Below, piece by piece: positions 55,511 through 64,000 of a DNA stretch of 64,000 bases (positions within the stretch are counted from its first letter, which is position 1; each line of letters begins with the position of its first letter). A program made the position numbers and the translations under genes. The DNA lies in assembly GCA_964622095.1 (NCBI GenBank), contig CAZUPP010000008.1, positions 15,773 to 79,772 of the forward strand, given 5' to 3'. The notes under the pieces were generated by a model. That model did no database searches and had not been told where the DNA came from. It saw nothing but the letters and a program-made list of their open reading frames with translations. This DNA is from an uncultured Verrucomicrobiales bacterium (lineage in GTDB: Bacteria > Verrucomicrobiota > Verrucomicrobiia > Verrucomicrobiales > CAZUPP01).

Positions 55511-56548
55511 ATGTCTAATCTCATCCATCTGATGAATCCGGCTTCTTCTGACAGTTCAAAGCATGAAAAACCGGTCTCCGTTATCACCGGCGGAGCTGGT
55601 TTTCTGGGATCACATCTCAGTGAGCGGCTGCTCGAAGCCGGGCATCAGGTCATCGTTTTTGACAGCCTGCTCACCGGTAAGCTTTCCAACATCGAACATC
55701 TGGGTGACCGCCCGGATTTTCGTTACATTCGCTATAATGTGACGAACTACATCATGGTCTCCGGACCGGTTGATTACGTCTTTCACTTTGCTTCTCCGGC
55801 AAGCCCGGTGGACTACCTGGAGCATCCCATTCCGACCCTGAAAGTCGGCGGGCTCGGCACCCACAATGCCCTCGGCCTCGCCAAGGATAAGGGCGCCACC
55901 TTTCTTCTGGCCTCCACTTCAGAGGTTTACGGTGATCCGCTCGTCCACCCTCAGAAGGAAGACTACTGGGGCAATGTCAATCCGATCGGCCCTCGCGGAG
56001 TCTATGATGAGGCCAAGCGTTTCGCCGAAGCGATCACTATGGCCTACCACCGCTTTCATGGGGTGGATACCAAGATTGTCCGTATCTTTAACACCTACGG
56101 CCCGCGCATGCGCCTCCATGATGGGCGGGTCGTGCCCACCTTCATCGCCCAGGCTCTCAATGGTCAGCCCCTCAGTGTTTATGGAGATGGCAGCCAGACC
56201 CGCAGCTTCTGTTATGTCAGTGACCTGATCGAGGGGATTTTTCGCCTCGCCATGAGTGACTATCACGAGCCGGTAAACATCGGTAACCCCCATGAAATGA
56301 CCATTCTTGAGTTTGCCAAGGCCATCATCCGCATCACCGGTCAGGACGTGCCGATCCAGTTCAAGCCGCTCCCGCAGGATGATCCCAAGATTCGTCAGCC
56401 GGATATCTCCCTGGCACGGCGTATCCTGAACTGGGATGTCCAGGTGGACTTTGAAACCGGTATCCGCCGGACGGTTGAATTCTTCAAATCCCGCCCGGAA
56501 GAGGTGCGGGCCTTTGCCGAAGCCAATCAGCTTAAGGCCAGCGCCTGA
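55511..56548 (+). CDS. UDP-glucuronate decarboxylase (UDP-xylose synthase, UXS)
   Basis: [44 protein letters not shown] (YxxxK), [22 protein letters not shown]. Confidence 0.9.
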   Translation: MSNLIHLMNPASSDSSKHEKPVSVITGGAGFLGSHLSERLLEAGHQVIVFDSLLTGKLSNIEHLGDRPDFRYIRYNVTNYIMVSGPVDYVFHFASPASPVDYLEHPIPTLKVGGLGTHNALGLAKDKGATFLLASTSEVYGDPLVHPQKEDYWGNVNPIGPRGVYDEAKRFAEAITMAYHRFHGVDTKIVRIFNTYGPRMRLHDGRVVPTFIAQALNGQPLSVYGDGSQTRSFCYVSDLIEGIFRLAMSDYHEPVNIGNPHEMTILEFAKAIIRITGQDVPIQFKPLPQDDPKIRQPDISLARRILNWDVQVDFETGIRRTVEFFKSRPEEVRAFAEANQLKASA

Positions 56549-56614
56549 GGTCAGATCTGGCGGGCAGATCCAGGGCTCTCCGAAAAGCAGGAAAACTGAG
56601 CGGCGACTGAGCTG

Positions 56615-56643
56615 ACATGTCTTTCTGTGTTAGAAAGACTTGT
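56615..56643 (+). terminator. hairpin downstream of UXS (candidate terminator)
   Basis: acatgtctttct-gtgtt-agaaagacttgt forms a 12-bp stem with one mismatch. Only a short TTGT follows. Confidence 0.4.
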
Positions 56644-56699
56644 CCTCCCATGGCAGTCCGTTCACTGTTTTCCGCGTAGAAACTTTCGATCGCACAATT

Positions 56700-57317
56700 A
56701 TGAAACCAAAGCTCTTCCCCACTGCTTACCTGCTAATCGGACTTGCCGCTTTCGGGCTGATCAATCTTACCACTCAGGCTCAAGCTCAGGCCCAGCAGCC
56801 AAGAATCGAGATCAAAGAGATCTCCGTTACCAACATCACTTCACCGGATTACACTTTCACCAAGTCCGAGGACTTTCGTTCCCGCGGGGGTGAATGGCTC
56901 CTGATCGAGGTGGAACTCGAGAACAAGGAGGAACTCGTGTCAGAGATTGCCGTGCGCTTCCACGTCGTGACCGAAAAAATGGCCAACCGCTCGGAAGGTC
57001 CTCAGTATTTTACGGGAGAGGTGACCTACATCAATCTGTTCAAGAACCGGTCTCTCTTCGGTTCTATGTATCTGCCTCCGAACTCTCTGAAGTTCGTCAA
57101 TGAGGGCCGGGAAGTGAAGGCGAATGATGTGGCCGAAGTGGGCGTTGAGATTCTCTACCAGGGCGCGATTATTGCTCAGGCCAACATGAAGGACAACAAT
57201 CGAGGGCCTTGGTGGCAATCCATGCAACCGCTTCAGGGGCACATGCTGAACAAAAACCAGACGCCGTTTGCGCCCCTCTATTGGGACCGCTATGAGCAGA
57301 TCAAGGCGACGCCCTGA
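56700..57317 (+). CDS. secreted hypothetical protein, first gene of the pilus-like cluster
   Basis: Signal peptide MKPKLFPTAYLLIGLAAFGLINLTTQAQAQ, then a beta-rich 175-aa domain. It occupies the position that Amuc_1102 has in the Akkermansia cluster (synteny recalled from memory, no sequence comparison made). Start moved to ATG 56700. Confidence 0.6.
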   Translation: MKPKLFPTAYLLIGLAAFGLINLTTQAQAQAQQPRIEIKEISVTNITSPDYTFTKSEDFRSRGGEWLLIEVELENKEELVSEIAVRFHVVTEKMANRSEGPQYFTGEVTYINLFKNRSLFGSMYLPPNSLKFVNEGREVKANDVAEVGVEILYQGAIIAQANMKDNNRGPWWQSMQPLQGHMLNKNQTPFAPLYWDRYEQIKATP

Positions 57318-57531
57318 GTGATTGCTCGGGTTAGGGAGAACCGCCGTTCGCCGGAGGTTTTTCCGGCCAAGTGCAGAATTGATATTGCGCAGGAGCGGCA
57401 CGCCTGCCACGGTTTGGGTCTTCCGGGGCTGAACAAGCGGAAGCAGGCTGATTCAGGGCCGATGCCTCCCCTCGCTCCGGAGATTTCTAGTGCTCGATCA
57501 TTAACCTGTTTCCCTTTCAAGACCTTCCCAG

Positions 57532-59307
57532 ATGGCAACCGGTAACGCGATTACCTGTATCAATCTCGGTACTCAGTCCCTAAACCTGGCTACCTTTGTG
57601 CCTACCGGTTCCGGCGGGCTGACGCTGACCGGATACCACTCCACCCAGTTGCTGGCGGATCCCAACGCGGAGACCAGCCACATCCCGCAATTGCGGCTGG
57701 GACTGCGTGACCTGGCGACCCAGAGCGGAACGAAAGGGCGGCCAGTAAACTATTGCCTGCGCGGGGAGGCGGTCTTCAGCCGGTTTGTCCGGCTGCCCCG
57801 GCTGGACAGCAGCAAGGTGCAGCAGATCGTCACCTTTGAAGCTCAGCAGAACATCCCTTTTCCCTTAAAGGAAGTGGTGTGGGACTACCAGCTCGTCCAG
57901 CGCGGGCAGGAAGCGGAGATGGAGGTGGTGCTGGTGGCGATCAAGAAAGATCTCCTCAATGACGTAAATGAAGCGGTCGAGGACGCCGGGCTGGAAACAG
58001 AACTGGTGGACATTGCGCCGATGGCCCTGCTCAACGCTTTCCGGTTCAACTACTATGACGTCGACCAATGCTCCCTGGTCATTGACGTTGGCGCGCGCTC
58101 GACCAACCTGGCCTTCAGCGAGCCCGGCCTCATCTGGCTGCGCAGCTTTCGCCTCGGAGGAAATGACATCACCCAGGCCGTTTCCCGTGAGTTCAAGGAA
58201 GATTTTGCCGCCGCGGAGGAACGCAAAAAACGGGACGGCTTCGTGCATCTCGGCGGTGCTTATGAAGAGCCGGAAGATCCGGAGATCGCTACCCTGGGCA
58301 AGGTTATCCGCAATGCGATGACCCGCTTTCACACAGAGATCTCCCGCTCCATCAATTTCTACCGGTCCCAGCAGAAAGGCTCCAAGCCGGAGCGCATTTA
58401 CCTGGCAGGCAGCGGTTCAAGCCTGCCGTACATGACGGAGTTCTTTTCCGAAAAGTTCCAGGTCACCTGCGAATACTTCAATCCGCTGCGAAACGTGAAG
58501 CTGGGCAAGAACGTGCCTCAGGACGAACTGCTCGCGCAGCCCTACACCTTGGGAGAACTCGTCGGGGTAGCCCTGCGGCAGACCGGGCCGTGCCCGATGG
58601 AGATCAATCTTCAGCCGGACGCTGTCGCCGCTCGCAAGGAGCTGGGCTCCCGACGGCCCTTTTTCATCGCCGCCTCCATCTGCCTGCTGCTGGCCCTTGG
58701 CGGGTATTGGTTTTTCCTCACGCAGGGCAAGAAAAAAGCGGAAGCCGAACTGGCCGATCTTCAGCCCAAAGTTGCCGAATTCGAGCGCTATGCCCAGCAG
58801 ATCCGCGGTGCCCAAAGTGAACTGGACCGTCTGGAAAGGTTGGCTGCCCCGTATCTCCGCGCCAGTGAGCAGCCCGGCTATTGGGCTCGTGTTTTTGAGG
58901 ATCTCAATTCTCATCTGCCGGCTGAAGGCATCTGGCTGACCTCTGTCACTCCAGCACACGGAGAAAACCCCCTCTTGCCGGAAGACAACCAGGCGATCGC
59001 CAGCCTGTTGGAGGAAGAAAAGCCGGCATCCGCCCAGCCAGGGCGGCGCGGGGTAGAGTCAGAGGAAGAACAGGGGGTTTTTGTCGAGGCCCTGCTGGTA
59101 GAAGGGCTGGTTCTTGAAGGGTCCGAGCGCAAAGTGGACCTGGAGTTTTTGCCTGCCCTGCAGCGGGATTCAGAGATCTTCAATGTCACCAAGGAGGATG
59201 AGGATGAAATCATCGTCACCCCGGTGCAGCAGTCGCAAAAGCGGGACCGGTTCGCCATGCAGTTTCGGCTGCGTTTGCCGTTAAAGGATAAACTGCGCCT
59301 TGAATAG
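57532..59307 (+). CDS. PilM-PilN fusion protein
   Basis: N-terminal ~355 aa have the PilM/FtsA-type actin fold (INLGTQSLNLATF, LVIDVGARSTNLAF, YLAGSGSSLPYM). Next comes EINLQPD (PilN motif), a TM (FFIAASICLLLALGGYWFFL), a coiled coil and a periplasmic domain. Confidence 0.75.
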   Translation: MATGNAITCINLGTQSLNLATFVPTGSGGLTLTGYHSTQLLADPNAETSHIPQLRLGLRDLATQSGTKGRPVNYCLRGEAVFSRFVRLPRLDSSKVQQIVTFEAQQNIPFPLKEVVWDYQLVQRGQEAEMEVVLVAIKKDLLNDVNEAVEDAGLETELVDIAPMALLNAFRFNYYDVDQCSLVIDVGARSTNLAFSEPGLIWLRSFRLGGNDITQAVSREFKEDFAAAEERKKRDGFVHLGGAYEEPEDPEIATLGKVIRNAMTRFHTEISRSINFYRSQQKGSKPERIYLAGSGSSLPYMTEFFSEKFQVTCEYFNPLRNVKLGKNVPQDELLAQPYTLGELVGVALRQTGPCPMEINLQPDAVAARKELGSRRPFFIAASICLLLALGGYWFFLTQGKKKAEAELADLQPKVAEFERYAQQIRGAQSELDRLERLAAPYLRASEQPGYWARVFEDLNSHLPAEGIWLTSVTPAHGENPLLPEDNQAIASLLEEEKPASAQPGRRGVESEEEQGVFVEALLVEGLVLEGSERKVDLEFLPALQRDSEIFNVTKEDEDEIIVTPVQQSQKRDRFAMQFRLRLPLKDKLRLE

Positions 59308-59330
59308 ATTGTATTTCAGGTTGTTCACTC

Positions 59331-60323
59331 ATGGATTGGATTAAACAGAACCCCTTTATTGCTGGCCTGGCCGGCGTCACCCTGGTGATCGCCGGGGTGC
59401 TCATCTTCCTGATCATGCAGGCGGGCGGAGCGCTTCAGGAGGCAGAATCCGAGTATGCCACCCAAAAGAACAATCATGACGGCCTGGTGACCGCGCGGAT
59501 TTATCCCAGCAGGGACAGCGTGGAAGCACTCGAGGCGCAGCAGGACGAAGTGCGTGAACGCCTCCGTGAACTGCGTGAAGCCTTTTCCTCAAAGCAAGTT
59601 GCGCCTGAACCCCTCAGCCCGGCGGATCTGGTCAGCCTCATTGTGGATTCAGTCAATGCCACCTACAGTTTGGCCGCGGAACGCGGGGTCAACATGCCCG
59701 CGAGGGAGGAGTTTTTCCTTGGCTTTAACCGTTACGAAGAGTCGCCCCCGCGCTTGGAGGCCGTGGATGAGCTGAGCGTCCTGCTGCAAGTCATCAAGAG
59801 CGTCGCGGAGCTGCTCATGGAAGAACAGATTGATGAGCTGATTTCCATTTCCCGGGTTGAACTCGCGGTGGAGAACGGCGCTCCCGAGGAGGAGGAAGAA
59901 GAGCCGCAGGGAAGACGCGGCCGCGGCCGAAGGGCGCCTGTGGTAGAGAAGATGCCGGAGCAGTTGGAACGCTGGACCTTTATTGTGCGTTTCAAGTCCA
60001 CCCAGGAAGCGCTGCAAAGGGTGATCAACAGCCTTCAGGCGATGGATCAACTTCTGGTCACTCAGCTGATTGCGGTCACCAATGAGAGCAAAGAAGGTCC
60101 TCTCCGGGAACAGACGGAGAGTGGCGAAGTCCGCTTTGGTGAGGACGGACTTCCCTTGCCGCCTGAGGAAGAAGATGCTGAGGAGGGCGAGCCTTCAGTC
60201 CGGGTGGTGCTGGGCCGTGAAAAAGTCGAGTCAGCTCTGCGCATTCAACTGATCCGCCTGGCACAGAGTGAAGAAGAATTCGAAGCCACCCTGGCCGGCA
60301 CATCCCAGAAACCCCGGCGGTAA
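59331..60323 (+). CDS. membrane-anchored coiled-coil protein, Amuc_1100-like / PilO-position
   Basis: MDWIKQNPFIAGLAGVTLVIAGVLIFLI anchor, a coiled coil, then an alpha/beta region. 330 aa. Segments such as LGFNRYEE...VIKSVAELL, RWTFIVRFKSTQEALQRVINSLQAMDQLLVTQLIAVTNE and GREKVESALRIQLIRL line up with my recollection of Amuc_1100 (317 aa). Confidence 0.65.
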   Translation: MDWIKQNPFIAGLAGVTLVIAGVLIFLIMQAGGALQEAESEYATQKNNHDGLVTARIYPSRDSVEALEAQQDEVRERLRELREAFSSKQVAPEPLSPADLVSLIVDSVNATYSLAAERGVNMPAREEFFLGFNRYEESPPRLEAVDELSVLLQVIKSVAELLMEEQIDELISISRVELAVENGAPEEEEEEPQGRRGRGRRAPVVEKMPEQLERWTFIVRFKSTQEALQRVINSLQAMDQLLVTQLIAVTNESKEGPLREQTESGEVRFGEDGLPLPPEEEDAEEGEPSVRVVLGREKVESALRIQLIRLAQSEEEFEATLAGTSQKPRR

Positions 60324-60352
60324 CGCCATCTACGCCCTACCTTTGATCAGCG

Positions 60353-61402
60353 ATGGACTGGATAAAGAAACGTTACGACCGCTTTACCCTTTTGCTGGCG
60401 GCCATCATCCTGCTGGCCATGGCAGCTTTTGTCTACCTGCGGACGGGATCCTTCGGACAACAGTTCGAGCTGCAGACGGGCAATCCTAACGCCCAGCCGC
60501 CAACGAAGGATACCGAGGCCCTGAACGCGGCGCTCAACCAACTGCAGCAGCCGACTCCCTGGGAAGCGCGTGAAGAGGCTGACCCCAGTCTGTTCCGGGC
60601 AAAAACTCACCTTGTTCTGCCGGATGAAAACAAGCTGGTGAAAGTCGATCCGGAATCGGATATCACGATTTATGATCCCATCACCCTGCGCTGGATTCTG
60701 AAATACGATCTGCCTCTGGAAGATGACAGGCTGCCGCGGATGGATCCGGATGACGATGATTTCACGAATCAGGAAGAATTCCTCGCGGAAACCGATCCAA
60801 CCGATCCGGCAAGCCACCCGCCTTACACACGGCGGCTTTTTGTGAAGGAGGTCATTTCCAATCCGGATTTCTTTACCTTCGCGGCAAAACCGGCCGCGGA
60901 CACTTTTCAGATCAACCGGGAAGGGCGCCGGTCTCAATTTGTTCAGACCGGCTCCATCATTGAGGGCAGCGCCTGGAAGCTGATCGAATATACTGAAAAG
61001 ATGACGGAACGTCCGGGACGCGCTCCCCTCGATGAATCGGAGTTGACCCTGGAGAACACCGTGACCAGTGAGACCGCCACCCTGGTCAAAGGGAAGCGGA
61101 CAAACCTGGGGGATTTCACAGTGGTGCTGGAATACCTTTGGAAAGGGGATCAGGAATTTCGGCTCAAAGAGGACGGCACCTTCAATCTGCCGCCGGATAA
61201 CGACTCTTTCGTTGTTCAGGAAATCCAGCAAGATCCGCCGCTCGCCAAAGTTCAGCGTCAGGACGAATCCGGCAATCCCCAGGGCGAAGTGCTGAGCATT
61301 CGCGAACAGCAGCCGGGCGATATGCCTGAGCGTCTGAGCGGCAGTGCGGATGAAGGCGGCGAGGGCGAGTTCCCGGAAGGAGACGGAACCGCGGAGGGCT
61401 GA
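60353..61402 (+). CDS. membrane-anchored hypothetical protein with a thrombospondin-type-3-like acidic motif
   Basis: MDWIKKRYDRFTLLLAAIILLAMAAFVYL anchor; DPDDDDFTNQEEFLAETDPTDP (calcium-binding-type motif); acidic tail. It occupies the Amuc_1099 position. Confidence 0.6.
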   Translation: MDWIKKRYDRFTLLLAAIILLAMAAFVYLRTGSFGQQFELQTGNPNAQPPTKDTEALNAALNQLQQPTPWEAREEADPSLFRAKTHLVLPDENKLVKVDPESDITIYDPITLRWILKYDLPLEDDRLPRMDPDDDDFTNQEEFLAETDPTDPASHPPYTRRLFVKEVISNPDFFTFAAKPAADTFQINREGRRSQFVQTGSIIEGSAWKLIEYTEKMTERPGRAPLDESELTLENTVTSETATLVKGKRTNLGDFTVVLEYLWKGDQEFRLKEDGTFNLPPDNDSFVVQEIQQDPPLAKVQRQDESGNPQGEVLSIREQQPGDMPERLSGSADEGGEGEFPEGDGTAEG

Positions 61403-61672
61403 ACGGACGCTGCTGCCTTCGGTTCCGCAAATTTCTGGCCGCAAACCTGAAAAAAGGCGGTCATCTACCTTGACACACCCAAAGAAAAATCTGACACCCT
61501 TTGATAAATGAGCGTTCAACGGAGGGAGAGTGCTCCCGACCCGCAGATCGCTGACCCCCACCAGGGCTGACCGAGACCCCGTTTTCCTGATTTTCATAAA
61601 AGAAGCTTCAGGAGCGGATGTCAGTTCCTGGCCGCAGAATGATTCCACTGGCTAAGGCTACCACCCTACCAC

Positions 61673-64000
61673 ATGACCCAGCACAAAACTATCCTTATCG
61701 TTTTACGGCACCTTCTCTTGGGTGTGCTCATCTTCACTGGGATTCTCCAAGCCTCAGCGGTTGATCCGCTCATCCAGCAGCTGGCTGAAAGAGAAATCCA
61801 GCGCCGTCAGCAGATGGCCGTTCTGGCCCAGGAAAATATGGCGGAAGGCGCCGAAGCCTACAACGAGGGTGACTATGAACGGGCCGTCGGGCTTTACCGG
61901 GGTGCGGTTGAAATGCTGCCGGATTCTGAGCGGACCGGAGCCCTGCGTGAACAGGCGATCAGCGACATGGTGGACAGCGTTCTCCAACTGACTGAACAGC
62001 GCATTGCGGAAGCGCGCTGGGCGGATGCGGAAACTCTGGTCGACTTTGCTCTGGAATTCCGTCCTGAAGATGAACGGGCGCTGTCCTTGAAAGACAAGCT
62101 GATCGACCCTGAGTATTTCCCCAAACAACGCACACCGCGCTATGTAGCCCAGGTGCAGGACGTGAAGCGTCTGCTGCAGGAAGGACGCGGTTTTTATCTC
62201 GACGGTCAATATGATCTCGCCATCAAGCGCTGTGATCAGGTGCTGAATATCGATCCTTATAACGCCGCGGCTTACCGCTTGAAGGAAGAGGTCTGGTCGA
62301 CCATTCGCCGGGAAAATGTCCCGGCAGTTTACAATAACACCCGGGCCGAGCTGCTGAGTCAGGTGGGTATGGCTTGGGGCACACCGGTTAATGAGTACGG
62401 CGAGGTGCGCGGTTTTGGAGATGAAGGCCCGGGAGAGGAAATGGGTGAACGCGAGCGGATCAACCGACTACTCGATACGCTCATCGTTCCAACGGTGGAA
62501 CTGAATGACGCCACCGTAGAGGAGGCCCTGGAGTTTCTTCGCTTCCAATCCATCCAGCTTGATCCGGACGGGCAGGGGATCGACTTCGTGTTGCGCCTCG
62601 ATGAAGGCGGCTCGAGCGGTGGTGGAGCTCCTGCGCCGGCTGCAGATGAATCGATCGACTTCGATGACTTTGGTTCCTCAGATGACGCGGGTGCGGCTCC
62701 AGCTGCTTCCGGAGGGAGCGTTTCTGCTCTGCCTCGCATCGATCTGCGTCTGCGCAACGCCCCACTCCGTGAAGTGCTGCGATATGTCACGGAGATCGCC
62801 GGTCTGGAATTTATCGTGGAAGACTTCGCGGTTCTTATTGTACCGCAAGGCGCGGACACGGCGGCTCGCGGCCGTGTGATTACCAAGACCATTCGTGTCC
62901 CACCTGACTTCATCACGCGGGCAGTTGGCTCCGGCGGCGGCGGCGGTGACGCCAGCGGCGGCGGTGGTGGCGGATTTGGTTTCGGTGAGCCTTCCGGCGA
63001 CGGGGGAAGCGAGCCTTCTCTGTCTGGCCCGTCTGCCACGGCGGAAGAAGCTTTACGCCAGCTGGGAATCAATCTGCCTCCTGCCGGTGGAGCAACTTTC
63101 GACCCCGGCACGGCCACCCTGACCGTTACCGCAACTTCTGCTCAGATCCGGCAAATTGAGGCGATCGCGCAGCAGATGCAAAGTCAGGTCGCCAAGCAGG
63201 TGAAGATCGAAGCGAAATTCCTTGAGGTGACGCAGGATAACTTTACCGAGCTTGGGTTTGACTGGCTCCTCGGCGCGGCCAACGTGCCCGGTAACAACGG
63301 TGTCTTCTTCTCCGGAGGTACGGAGGGCTTTACCAATCCGCCTCTGGATCAGTCCACTTTTCCCTTCAATGCTCCCGGTGCGGGGGCTCCGGTGGGAACC
63401 AACCCGGTCACAGGTGGTCTTCGCTCCGGAAATGTGGGTATCGCCAGCGACTCAATTGACTCGCTGCTTTTCCCCGCCCCAGCCCGTGACGGACTGCTGA
63501 TCTCTCCGGGCATCTTCTCGGTGGCTGGTGTATTCACGGATCCCCAGTTTCAGGTGGTGGTTCGTGCCTTGGATCAGAAACGTGCGGTCGATCTGCTTTC
63601 CGCTCCATCGGTTACGACCAAGAGCGGTCAGCGAGCGGTTATTGAGGTTAACCGGGAATTCCGGTTTCCAGTCGAGTTCGACCCACCCCAGATTCCACAG
63701 GATTTCGGAAGTATTGGTGGAACAGCCCTTGTGCCTGGTACTCTGGGGACTCCTCCCAGTTCCTTCCCGGTCACCCCAACCACACCTGTCACCTTTGAGA
63801 CGAAAAACACAGGGGTGACTTTGGAAGTCGATCCAACAGTCGGCGCTGATAATGTGACGATTGATCTCAATCTGATCCCGGAAGTCATCGAATTCGAGGG
63901 CTTCATCAACTACGGAAGTCCCATTCAGACCTTTTCCACGAATGCGATTGGCGTTGCCACGCCCATTGTTATCACTCCCAACGTGATCAACCAGCCGGTG
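61673..64000 (+). CDS. secretin (GspD/PilQ family), C-terminus beyond the window
   Basis: Not in the ORF track because there is no stop in the window. My translation from ATG 61673 is MTQHKTILIVLRHLLLGVLIFTGILQASA (signal), then TPR-like helices, N-domains (LRLRNAPLREVLRYVTEIAGLEFIV) and the secretin core (KIEAKFLEVTQDNFTELGFDW, QVVVRALDQKRAVDLLSAPSVTTKSGQRAVIEV, TGVTLEVDPTVGADNVTIDL). Confidence 0.8.
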   Translation, partial: MTQHKTILIVLRHLLLGVLIFTGILQASAVDPLIQQLAEREIQRRQQMAVLAQENMAEGAEAYNEGDYERAVGLYRGAVEMLPDSERTGALREQAISDMVDSVLQLTEQRIAEARWADAETLVDFALEFRPEDERALSLKDKLIDPEYFPKQRTPRYVAQVQDVKRLLQEGRGFYLDGQYDLAIKRCDQVLNIDPYNAAAYRLKEEVWSTIRRENVPAVYNNTRAELLSQVGMAWGTPVNEYGEVRGFGDEGPGEEMGERERINRLLDTLIVPTVELNDATVEEALEFLRFQSIQLDPDGQGIDFVLRLDEGGSSGGGAPAPAADESIDFDDFGSSDDAGAAPAASGGSVSALPRIDLRLRNAPLREVLRYVTEIAGLEFIVEDFAVLIVPQGADTAARGRVITKTIRVPPDFITRAVGSGGGGGDASGGGGGGFGFGEPSGDGGSEPSLSGPSATAEEALRQLGINLPPAGGATFDPGTATLTVTATSAQIRQIEAIAQQMQSQVAKQVKIEAKFLEVTQDNFTELGFDWLLGAANVPGNNGVFFSGGTEGFTNPPLDQSTFPFNAPGAGAPVGTNPVTGGLRSGNVGIASDSIDSLLFPAPARDGLLISPGIFSVAGVFTDPQFQVVVRALDQKRAVDLLSAPSVTTKSGQRAVIEVNREFRFPVEFDPPQIPQDFGSIGGTALVPGTLGTPPSSFPVTPTTPVTFETKNTGVTLEVDPTVGADNVTIDLNLIPEVIEFEGFINYGSPIQTFSTNAIGVATPIVITPNVINQPV

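Noticed and set aside
60347-61648. 433-aa ORF antisense to the gene at 60353..61402
   Set aside because: Its composition is low-complexity and Arg/Gly/Phe-rich. The + strand gene has a sensible TM anchor, a conserved-type acidic motif and fits the co-directional operon.
62359-63117. 252-aa Pro/Ser/Ala-rich ORF on the minus strand
   Set aside because: It lies entirely inside the secretin reading frame, which is open from 61673 to the window end and has strong secretin motifs. It mirrors the Gly-rich inserts of that gene.
1-64000. CRISPR arrays, rRNA/tRNA genes, transposases, integrases, prophage genes, classical defence or toxin-antitoxin cassettes
   Set aside because: I scanned the ORF translations and intergenic regions by eye and found none. 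The only repeats seen are the short ones listed as features. A computational scan (tRNAscan-SE, Infernal, CRISPR finders, DefenseFinder) would be needed to exclude them formally.

Overview
Gene-dense chromosomal segment with roughly 55-58% GC (judged by eye) and about 55 protein-coding genes. I saw no rRNA, tRNA, CRISPR array, integrase or transposase. The gene content points to Verrucomicrobiota / PVC group (inference): type III glutamine synthetase, sulfatase, DUF3179, a eukaryote-like LRR protein, and a pilus-like cluster that from memory resembles Akkermansia Amuc_1098-1102.

Most genes are housekeeping or envelope functions: gnd, bcp, rpe, tyrS, mutS, dinG, glnN, aroD, nifS-like, a ManD-type dehydratase with SDRs, a TolC-family protein, a GPH transporter, a rhomboid protease, a CaCA antiporter and nucleotide-sugar enzymes.

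The most interesting region is 56.7-64.0 kb. It encodes a secreted protein, a PilM-PilN fusion, an Amuc_1100-like anchored coiled-coil protein, an anchored protein with a calcium-binding-type motif, and a secretin that runs off the window. No pilin, ATPase or platform gene is visible. A second, secretin-less pilM-pilN-pilO triad lies at 46.8-49.2 kb.

Other points worth a second look:
- a plant-AXS/ArnA-like nucleotide-sugar decarboxylase present alongside a canonical UXS
- a MIF-fold protein with Ala in place of the catalytic Pro
- a heme oxygenase translationally coupled to an unclassified polytopic membrane protein
- an Hsp70 that consists of the nucleotide-binding domain only
- an SPPY DNA methyltransferase directly upstream of mutS
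- a textbook sigma-54 promoter in front of glnN
- six convergent gene pairs whose stop codons abut or overlap

All calls rest on reading the ORF-track translations and the DNA by eye. No searches were run. Start codons are often my reinterpretation of over-extended ORFs.
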